Assembly (NCBI GenBank): GCA_002269645.1
Contig: NIVC01001370.1
Coordinates: 62,001-126,000, forward strand
Direction: 5' to 3'
Source: Macrostomum lignano
Lineage: Eukaryota
DNA: 64,000 bases
Shown: piece by piece, positions 11,801 to 21,785 of the stretch
Position numbering within the stretch: the stretch's first letter is position 1
Layout: every line of letters starts with the position of its first letter
Translations under genes and position numbers: made by a program
Notes under the pieces: generated by a model
The model's input: only the letters and a program-made list of their open reading frames with translations
Databases searched by the model: none
What the model was told of the DNA's origin: nothing

Positions 11801-14800
11801 GCTACTGAGGATCTGGAAGAAAGGCCCAGCTACTGAGGATCTGGAAGAAAGGCCCAGCTACTGAGGATCTAGAAGCAAGGCCCAGCTACTGAGGATCTGG
11901 AAGAAAGGCCCAGCTACTGAGGATCTGGAAGAAAGGCCCAGCTACTGAGGATCTGGAAGGAAGGCCCAGCTACTGAGGATCTGGAAGAAAGGCCCAGCTA
12001 CTGAGGATCTGGAAGAAAGGCCCAGCTACTGAGGATCTGGAAGGAAGGCCCAGCTACTGAGGATCTGGAAGAAAGGCCCAGCTACTGAGGATCTGGAAGA
12101 AAGGCCCAGCTACTGAGGATCTGGAAGCAAGGCCCAGCTACTGAGGATCTGGAAGAAAGGCCCAGCTACTGAGGATCTGGAAGGAAGGCCCAGCTACTGA
12201 GGATCTGGAAGAAAGGCCCAGCTACTGAGGATCAGGAAGAAAGGCCCAGCTACTGAGGATCTGGAAGCAAGGCCCAGCTACTGAGGATCTGGAAGAAAGG
12301 CCCAGCTACTGAGGATCTGGAAGGAAGGCCCAGCTACTGAGGATCTGGGAGGTTGGCCCAGCAATTTTGAGGATCTAGGGATCTGGGAGGGTGGCTCAGC
12401 AACTGAGGATCTGAGAGGCTGGCCCAGTAACTGACACTCTGGGAGGCTGGCCCAGTAACTGACACTCTGGGAGGCTGGCCCAGCAACTGAGGATCTGGGA
12501 TGCTGGCCCAGTAACTGACACTCTGGGAGGCTGGCCCAGCAACTGAGGATCTGGGATGCTGGCCCAGTAACTGACACTCTGGGAGGCTGGCCCAGTAACT
12601 GACACTCTGGGAGGGTGGCTCAGCAACTGAGGATCTGAGAGGCTGGCCCAGTAACTGACACTCTGGGAGGCTGGCCCAGTAACTGACACTCTGGGAGGCT
12701 GGCCCAGCAACTGAGGATCTGAGAGGCTGGCCCAGTAACTGACACTCTGGGAGGCTGGCCCAGTAACTGACACTCTGGGAGGGTGGCTCAGCAACTGAGG
12801 ATCTGAGAGGCTGGCCCAGTAACTGACACTCTGGGAGGCTGGCCCAGTAACTGACACTCTGGGAGGCTGGCCCAGCAACTGACACTTTGGGAGGCTGGCC
12901 CAGCAACTGAGGATCTGGAAGAAAGGCCCAGCTACTGAGGATCTGGAAGAAAGGCCCAGCTACTGAGGATCTGGAAGCAAGGCCCAGCTACTGAGGATCT
13001 GGAAGAAAGGCCCAGCTACTGAGGATCTGGAAGAAAGGCCCAGCTACTGAGGATCTGGAAGAAAGGCCCAGCTACTGAGGATCTGGAAGCAAGGCCCAGC
13101 TACTGAGGATCTGGAAGAAAGGCCCAGCTACTGAGGATCTGGGAGGTTGGCCCAGCAATTTTGAGGATCTAGGGATCTGGGAGGGTGGCTCAGCAACTGA
13201 GGATCTGAGAGGCTGGCCCAGTAACTGACACTCTGGGAGGCTGGCCCAGTAACTGACACTCTGGGAGGCTGGCCCAGCAACTGAGGATCTGGGATGCTGG
13301 CCCAGTAACTGACACTCTGGGAGGCTGGCCCAGCAACTGAGGATCTGGGATGCTGGCCCAGTAACTGACACTCTGGGAGGCTGGCCCAGTAACTGACACT
13401 CTGGGAGGGTGGCTCAGCAACTGAGGATCTGAGAGGCTGGCCCAGTAACTGACACTCTGGGAGGCTGGCCCAGTAACTGACACTCTGGGAGGCTGGCCCA
13501 GCAACTGACACTTTGGGAGGCTGGCCCAGCAACTGAGGATCTGGAAGAAAGGCCCAGCTACTGAGGATCTGGAAGAAAGGCCCAGCTACTGAGGATCTGG
13601 AAGCAAGGCCCAGCTACTGAGGATCTGGAAGAAAGGCCCAGCTACTGAGGATCTGGAAGAAAGGCCCAGCTACTGAGGATCTGGAAGAAAGGCCCAGCTA
13701 CTGAGGATCTGGAAGCAAGGCCCAGCTACTGAGGATCTGGAAGAAAGGCCCAGCTACTGAGGATCTGGAAGGAAGGCCCAGCTACTGAGGATCTGGGAGG
13801 TTGGCCCAGCAATTTTGAGGATCTAGGGATCTGGGAGGGTGGCTCAGCAACTGAGGATCTGAGAGGCTGGCCCAGTAACTGACACTCTGGGAGGCTGGCC
13901 CAGTAACTGACACTCTGGGAGGCTGGCCCAGCAACTGAGGATCTGGGATGCTGGCCCAGTAACTGACACTCTGGGAGGCTGGCCCAGCAACTGAGGATCT
14001 GGGATGCTGGCCCAGTAACTGACACTCTGGGAGGCTGGCCCAGTAACTGACACTCTGGGAGGGTGGCTCAGCAACTGAGGATCTGAGAGGCTGGCCCAGT
14101 AACTGACACTCTGGGAGGCTGGCCCAGTAACTGACACTCTGGGAGGCTGGCCCAGCAACTGAGGATCTGAGAGGCTGGCCCAGTAACTGACACTCTGGGA
14201 GGCTGGCCCAGTAACTGACACTCTGGGATGGTGGCTCAGCAACTGAGGATCTGAGAGGCTGGCCCAGTAACTGACACTCTGGGAGGCTGGCCCAGCAACT
14301 GACACTCTGGGAGGGTGGCTCAGCAACTGAGGATCTGAGAGGCTGGCCCAGTAACTGACACTCTGGGAGGCTGGCCCAGCAACTGAGGATCTGAGAGGCT
14401 GGCCCAGTAACTGACACTCTGGGAGGCTGGCCCAGTAACTGACACTCTGGGAGGGTGGCTCAGCAACTGAGGATCTGAGAGGCTGGCCCAGTAACTGACA
14501 CTCTGGGAGGCTGGCCCAGCAACTGACACTTTGGGAGGCTGGCCCAGTAACTGACACTCTGGGAGGCTGGCCCAGCAACTGACACTCTGGGAGGCTGGCC
14601 CAGTAACTGACACTCTGGGAGGCTGGCCCAGTAACTGACACTCTGGGAGGCTGGCCCAGTAACTGACACTCTGGGAGGCTGGCCCAGTAACTGACACTCT
14701 GGGAGGCTGGCCCAGCAACTGACACTTTGGGAGGCTGGCCCAGCAACTGAGGATCTGGATTCGAGCACCAAATTTCAAAACGCGGGAATGTGGTAAGGCA

Positions 14801-16379
14801 ATAAATCAGGTCAAGACATATAGAAGACCCATTTAATAAGTAGAAATATTTACTTGACTTTCAAGCTGATCCTTCGCCTTCTCCAGCTGATGCTCCAGCT
14901 GCTCAATGGTCCGCTTCAGGGCGGCCTCAGCCTGCTCAGACAGTCGTTTCCGCTTCTCCAGCTGGTCGGCATAGGCGGCCGATTGGTCCTGCATCAATTG
15001 CAGTTTCTCGTCCGAACCGTCGCGTTGAGCCCGCACCTCGGCCAGTTCCCACTGCAGTCGCTGTTTCTCGGCCGCCGAGTCGGCCAATTGCTGGCCGAGT
15101 GAGGCGGTCTCAGTCTGCAGTTGAGCCTTAGCCGCAGCGGCCTCTTTTTGTAATTGCTGCTCCTGTTTGCGATGATTTCTGCACAGCCGTTCGTGCTGTT
15201 TGCCTAAGGCTAGGAGCTCTTTGTGCAGGGCTTGAACCTGAATTAAGTAGGTAGAATATTAATTCTCTCATCATTTCGGATTTTTAGTATTTCAACACAT
15301 TTTTATGCACAAAACATTGCGTCAATTAGAGGCGAAATTTTCCAGACATTTTTTGTGGCGCTTAATGCTAGGCTGTTGTTTCTGGCGCCTAATGCTAGGT
15401 TGTTGTTTGTGGCGCCTAATGCTACGCTGTTTGTGGGCGTCTAATCCTACGCTGTTTGTGGCGCCTAATGCTACTCTGTTTGTGGGCGTCTAATCCTACG
15501 CTGTTTGTGGCGCCTAATGTTACTCTGTTTGTGGGCGTCTAATCCTACGCTGTTTGTGGCGCCTAATGCTACTCTGTTTGTGGGCGTCTAATCCTACGCT
15601 GTTTGTGGCGCCTAATGCTACGCTGTTTGTGGCGCCTAATGCTACTCTGTTTGTGGGCGCCTAATGCTACGCTGTTTGTGGCTCCTAATGCTACTCTATT
15701 TGTGGCGCCTAATGCTACTCTGTTTGTGGGCGCCTAATCCTACGCTGTTTGTGGCGCCTAATGCTACGCTGTTTGTGGCGCCTAATGCTACGCTGTTTGT
15801 GGCGCCTAATGCTACTCTGTTTGTGGGCGTCTAATCCTACGCTGTTTGTGGCGCCTAATGCTACTCTGTTTGTGGGCGTCTAATCCTACGCTGTTTGTGG
15901 CGCCTAATGCTACTCTGTTTGTGGGCGTCTAATCCTACGCTATTTGTGGCGCTTACGGCCTAATGCTTTATTTTGTTTTTGAGCCATAGAAATGCTAATT
16001 TTAACGCCCTGTCACAACCAATGTTATAACAAAGTGCTGACGCTGAAGTGAAAGTTTGCCAAGAAGTAAACGCGAGCAAATTCAAGCATCAGTCAGGCTT
16101 AAAACCCACTTGCTCCCCGGAGCTTCGACCGCTGTCAGAAAGGCGTCGGCGAAGGCTTTCCAACTCTTTGGACTGCTCGCCAAGGTCGGAGCGAAGTAGG
16201 GCGCACTCGCGTTCTTTGCTAGCCAGCCTAGTTTGAACAGTTTGCAACTCGCGTTCCCATTCGGCCCGTTTGCTTTGAATCATCTGATCAATGTGATACA
16301 TTAGATTCTGCAATTCCGCTTCGCAAGCGCTCGGCATTAAATCTAGCATTGTGGCTTCCGCCTCTGAGCTTTTGTTCAT
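8832..16379 (-). CDS. CEP63: CEP63/DEUP1-family centriolar coiled-coil protein, about 591 aa
   Basis: Exons 16110-16379, 14854-15237, 11451-11644, 10713-11145 and 8832-9326 are all GT-AG with compatible phases (0,0,2,0) and total 1776 nt. N-terminal SACEAELQNLMYHIDQMI and C-terminal RIDGHVTELKRQTD match the two conserved ends of CEP63/DEUP1 as I recall them (SCEAELQELMKQIDIM; RLDAHIEELKRES). The middle is heptad-rich coiled coil. Confidence 0.88.
9460..10700. repeat. Compound array: about five 128-bp units followed by alternating 21-bp units (42-bp dimer)
   Basis: GGATGAGACT recurs at 9686, 9814 and 9942 (period 128). GGAATGGGTGAGATTGGACAA alternates with GGAATGGGTGGGATTGGAGCA from about 10130 to 10700. 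Lies in the last CEP63 intron. Confidence 0.92.
11664..14758. repeat. 3.1-kb 28-bp minisatellite with two subfamilies and higher-order blocks
   Basis: Units GAGGATCTGGAAGAAAGGCCCAGCTACT and GAGGATCTGGGAGGCTGGCCCAGCAACT / GACACTCTGGGAGGCTGGCCCAGTAACT; fills CEP63 intron 2. Confidence 0.95.
15345..15960. repeat. 24-25-bp minisatellite (GTTTGTGGCGCCTAATGCTACGCT)
   Basis: Period of 24 read from 15601 and 15625; CEP63 intron 1. Confidence 0.93.
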
Positions 16380-16552
16380 GACTAATGGAATAGGGACTTG
16401 AATCGGTTTATAATACTTGGCCTTTGCTGGATGGCGATTCTTAGAAACGGCCGATTAACAAACTGACACGCGAGTGCATGTGGCCTGAAAACATCATTTA
16501 AGAAGTTGTCATTGAAAAAAGTATAACAATTATTCGTTTAAGTAGATCTAAA

Positions 16553-17265
16553 CTGTTGCTCACTCAAGTCTCACTCTGTTGCTCACTTAAGTCTCACTCT
16601 CTGTTTCTCACTCAAGCCTCACTCTGTTTCTTACTCAAGTCTCACTCTGTTGCTCACTCAAGTCTCACTCTCTGTTGCTCACTCAAGTCTCACTCTCTGT
16701 TGCTCACTTAAGTCTCACTGTTGCTCACTCAAGTCTCACTCTGTTGCTCACTTAAGTCTCACTCTCTGTTTCTCACTCAAGCCTCACTCTGTTTCTTACT
16801 CAAGTCTCACTCTGTTGCTCACTCAAGTCTCACTCTCTGTTGCTCACTCAAGTCTCACTCTCTGTTGCTCACTTAAGTCTCACTGTTGCCCACTGAAGTC
16901 TCACTCTGTTGCTCACTCAAGTCTCACTCTGTTGCTCACTCAAGTCTCACTCTGTTGCTCACTCAAGTCTCACTCTGTTGCTCACCCAAGTCACTCTCTG
17001 TAGCTCACTCAAGTCTCACTCTCTGTTGCTCACTCAAGTCTCACTCTGTTTCTCACTCAAGTCTCACTCTCTGTTGTTCACTCAAGTCTCACTCTCTGTT
17101 TCTCACTCAAGTCTCACTCTCTGTTGCTCACTCAAGTCTCACTCTCTGTTGCTCACCCAAGTCTCACTCTCTGTTGCTCACTCAAGTCTCACTCTCTGTT
17201 GCTCACTCAAGTCTCACTGTTTCTCACTTAAGTTTCACTCTCTGTTGCTCACCCAAGTCTCACTC
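16553..17265. repeat. 23-25-bp minisatellite (GCTCACTCAAGTCTCACTCTGTT)
   Basis: Direct reading; begins about 170 bp upstream of the CEP63 start codon. Confidence 0.93.
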
Positions 17266-17942
17266 AGAGTTTGTCACTAGACGCTACAGTGAGTGAAATA
17301 CACTGATACATACAAAAAATTTACCTTATTCACAGCGAACACATATAATTGCCCTAATTTTAGCTGTCAGCAAATAAAGTAGACTATTTAAGATTTTTAA
17401 TATAAAAGCAATATTTGACCAAAGTTATTAATTTTGGTTGTTAAAGCACAAGAACGTTCTAAAACTATTAGCAGAGTTAACATGTTTCATTAATACAAGG
17501 CTGAAGGGCACAAAAACATAAAAGCCATTGTAATTAGCACTGACTCCAAGTTGAAACTTTCATAGAAATAAAAGCATATTTGATTAAAAGAAAGGAAGCC
17601 TTTAAAAAACTGTTCAAAACGATTTGATAGGACGAACAAGTAGTTTGAAATGTAGGTTGATATGATATTAATATAAAAAATTGAAAAATCTAGGAAAACA
17701 GATTAAATTGATTGTAAAGCAGGTATATAAAATATGAGCATCAATTTTTTAAGATACAAAATAAACCTGCCGATTAAAAACACGTTCGACTATTTACATT
17801 TTTTGCACAGGAAGAATAAACCAAAAAAAATACGTGAAAAGGAAGACAAGTAAGTCTAGCTCGTATTTACTGTCGAGATACAAGTATTTAACAAATCATT
17901 TGACTAAGTGCGACACGTCTAAATTCTGAAGGCATAAAGAAT

Positions 17943-20900
17943 CTAGTAAGGACCCGGCCAATGATAGCGAGGCGGCCAATGCCAATAATTTCCCCACGGC
18001 CGATGCCATTGATTATCCGTTGGCTGTTGGCCAAATCGCGAAAAGTGCATGAAATGTTGTTGCCGGGGTCGCCATGGTCCGTATTGCATTGAGGTGTCGA
18101 CCTGCGGCTGAGCTGCTGCTTGCTGCTCTGCGTTGGAAGCTGCTTGTTGATCCTCATTTGAAATTGGTGTCCGACGCAAAGGATTTTTTGAATTTGGCGT
18201 TGAATTTTCTGCTTGTTCCGACTCGGTAGTGGGATTCGAATACTGCGATGAAGATGCTTTTGACTTTGACGGTGAAGGATCCGAGGTTTGTTCGGATGAA
18301 ATCAAAGAAGCCGAATATGCTGCACGTTTTGGAGATGGAGCTTGTTGCGGATTTTGTAATTTTCGTTTTAGGCAACAATTTTCCCTAGTTGACGTACAAC
18401 TGGACTGCGATTGATTCGATGCGGAAGCTGGTGTTGGCCCCGACGCTGAAGCTGGTGTCAGCTTTAACGTGGAAGCTGGTGTCGGCCTCGACGCGGAAGC
18501 TGGTGTCGTCCTCGACGCGGAAGCTGGTGTCGGCCTCGACGCGGAAGCTGGTGTCGTCCTCGACGCGGAAGCTGGTGTCGGCCTCGACGCGGAAGCTGGT
18601 GTCGTCCTCGACGCGGAAGCTGGTGTCGGCTTTAACGTGGAAGCTGGTGTCGTCCTCGACGCGGAAGCTGGTGTCGGCTTTAACGTGGAAGCTGGTGTCG
18701 GCCTCGACGCGGAAGCTGGTGTCGGCTTTAACGTGGAAGCTGGTGTCGGCCTCGACGCGGAAGCTGGTGTCGTCCTCGACGCGGAAGCTGGTGTCGACCT
18801 CGACGCGGAAGCTGACGTCGGCTTCAATGTGGAAGCTGGTGTCGGCCCCGACGCTGAAACTGGTGTCGGCCTCAACGCGGAAGCTGGTGTTGGCCTTGAC
18901 GCTATAGCTGGTGTCGGCCTCGACGCTGAAGCTTGAGTCGGCTTCAGTGTGGAAGCTGGCGTCGGGCTTGATGCTGAAACTGACGTCGGCTTTAATTTGG
19001 AAGCTGGTGTCGGCCTCGACGCGGAAGCTGACGTCGGCTTCAATGTGGAAGCTGGTGTTGGCCTTGACGCTGAAACTGATGTCGGCTTTAATTTGGAAGC
19101 AGGTGTCGGCTTCAGTGTAGAAGCTGGTGTCGGCTTTAATGTGGAAGCTGGTGTCGGCTTCAATGTGGAAGCTGGTGTTGGCCTTGACGCGGAAGCTGGT
19201 GTAGGCTTCAATGTGGAAGCTGGTGTCGGCTTCAATGTGGAAGCTGGTGACGGCTTCAATGTGGAAGCTGGTGTTGGCCTTGACGCGGAAGCTGGTGTAG
19301 GCTTCAATGTGGAAGCTGGTGTTGGCCTTGACGCGGAAGCTGGTGTAGGCTTCAATGTGGAAGCTGGTGTCGGCTTCAATGTGGAAGCTGGTGTCGGCTT
19401 CAATGTGGAAGCTGGTGACGGCTTCAATGTGGAAGCTGGTGTCGGCTTCAATGTGGAAGCTGGTGTTGGCCTTGACGCGGAAGCTGGTGTCGGCTTCAAT
19501 GTGGAAGCTGGTGTCGGCTTCAATGTGGAAGCTGGTGTCGGCTTCAATGTGGAAGCTGGTGTCGGCTTCAATGTGGAAGCTGGTGTTGGCCTTGACGCGG
19601 AAGCTGGTGTTGGTTTCAATGTGGAAGCTGGTGTCGGCTTCAATGTGGGAGCTGGTGCCGGCTTCAATGTGGAATCTAATATTGGCCTTGACGCGGAAGC
19701 TGGTGTAGGCTTCAATTTGGAAGCTGGTGTCGGCGTCGACGCGGAAGCTGGTGTCGGCGTCGACGCGGAAGCTGGTGTCGTCTTCAATATGGAAGCTGGT
19801 GTTGGCCTCGACGCGGAAGCTGGTGTTGGTTTCAATGTGGAAGCTGGTGTTGGTTTCAATGTGGAAGCTGGTGTCGACCTCGACGCGGAAGCAGTAGTCG
19901 AAGAAGCCGGTGTCAGTTTCGACGCGGAAGCAGTAGTTGACGAAGAAGCTGGTGTTGGAACTGTCGGTTTCGGTATGGTAGCAGTAGTCAATGAAGAAGG
20001 TTGCATCGGCTTTGGCACAGAAGCTGATGCCAGCTTAGACAATAAAGAAGTACTCGTAGTTGAAGCGGAAGCTAAATTCATCGACACGAAAGCAGCAGTC
20101 GATGCAGTAGCTTGCGTTGCATTTGACCCAGCAACAGACTTAGACAAAGGAATAGATCTTGGGTCTTGCAAAAGAGCACTCGATTTTAACAATATTAGCT
20201 GACTGGATCTATCAGAATTCGCAGTATCAACAACTTTACCGCTGGCCAGTGCCTTACTGGCACAATTCAAAGCGTTAAGGAACTGCCAAGGAACAGATCT
20301 CGGATCCACAACTGTGTCTAAAAATTAACGGAAGTTTCTGAATTAATTTTCTGCGCGGGCGCGAATCGAATAACGCGGACACTACATTGAACAAAGATGT
20401 AGATCAAAACTTCTCAGGAAGACTTCTCTGACTGCATTTTCAAGTGACACAAGGATTTTCAATAAAACCCAATTACAGAATTTTGTCGAGTATTTTCGAA
20501 TATCTATACGAATTTTCGAGCACATAAAGTCTGCTTTAGCACATACAAGCGATCCCCTGCTGAAAATGATATGTACTTTGTATATACTACTACTACTTTG
20601 TATATTCGTATCTCCTATTTATAATAATCCTACTTGTTTCTATAAAAGTACTCGTATTTCGTGGCGGCCCAATCCTAGCATCTATACGACTATAAATACA
20701 AATGTACTGTCCAGATTTCTTGCTTACAAGGCTAATCTTCTCTACTCAACAGAAGAGTAGGAACTCAGAAACCGGTTCTGGCCTATCGAGAGTTCGAATC
20801 TTTGAATCGAAGAGTTTAGTCACACACAAGCTATATATATGGAAGCGCGTATCTTTCATGCCAGACAGCTTGATATTCCGATTGCTCAACATTTGAATTA

Positions 20901-21785
20901 ATTGAGGGAATCTCCTGACAGTTTGAGACTATCTATCAATATGTTAGTAGTTAAAAAACTAATCAAAGCACAACTCACTGGACAGCAGTTTAACTAAGAC
21001 GCACTGCTCAGTAGGCAGCTTGGAGTACGTGATGTAGGTACAGCCAACGGCTGGGTCCCAATTCCCGCACGACAGACTACAATCCATATCGCCGCTAATC
21101 ACCCATTCGGTGCTAATTCGGAACTTCAATTCGGACGGCAACGATGCACAGATTTGATGGAGGGCAGCAGCTGCGTCTGATCGTGCGGTATAAACTACGT
21201 GAACAGATGGCCTGAAACCATTGCAGATGTACAGCTTTGCTACCTGTCCATAACGACTGGCCAGGTCGCCGTCGCGAAGCAATTCAATTAATTGAGATGG
21301 CAGACTCCTAAACTCGGCATTAATTACTTTAATTGCAATTGCCAGGCTAACTAGAGACAGGTGGCCAGATTTTAATGGCGGCATATTTTTCACAGCTTGC
21401 TCAGCAGTGTTAGCTGACGGAGTAGGCAATGCGCACCCCATGCCTTGATCAATCGCTTTGGCAGTCCTTTTCAGCGTCTCAAGTCTTCGCTGCAAGTCGG
21501 CAAGTAGTGCAGGATTAGCCATGTCCTCTCTGCTTATGGGCCTTCTTTCGGGATCCTTTGCGACCCATTCTTTCAGATCCTGTATGTGTTTTTCAGAGTA
21601 GAAAGCAAACTGATAACTTCTGAATTATCAAGTTACAAAGTGCACCGGCAATGAACTCGAAACCTTACCAATAAGTCCTTCTTTAAAACTGAACTAGATG
21701 TTGAATTTGACACCTTCTCTTGCAGAGTTTGTATTATTTGTGCAAAATTGGCATTTTCATTCATTTTTATAGCCATGCAATTCAT
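17943..21785 (-). CDS. Uncharacterised protein of about 1040 aa: RRM-like N-terminal segment, 8-aa Thr-Pro repeat region, W/H/P/R-rich C-terminus
   Basis: Exons 21669-21785, 20979-21609 and 17943-20317 join by canonical sites: TTG|gtaagg with ttatcag|TTT (phase 0, 59-nt intron), and A|gtgagt with ttttag|AC (phase 1). Total 3123 nt in one frame. The last exon stays open for about 2.4 kb across a 24-nt repeat with synonymous third-position variation. Additional upstream or internal exons cannot be excluded. Confidence 0.65.
18420..19960 (-). repeat. Coding 24-nt tandem repeat (about 64 units; ASTLKPTP / ASASRPTP)
   Basis: Plus-strand unit GTGGAAGCTGGTGTCGGCTTCAAT and variant GCGGAAGCTGGTGTCGGCCTCGAC. 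The frame is preserved throughout and is continuous with unique coding sequence on both sides. Confidence 0.9.

Noticed and set aside
18949-20202. Plus-strand ORF (VEAGVGFN)n, 417 aa
   Set aside because: Antisense shadow of the coding 24-nt repeat. The minus-strand frame is longer, extends into unique sequence on both sides and has matching splice sites.
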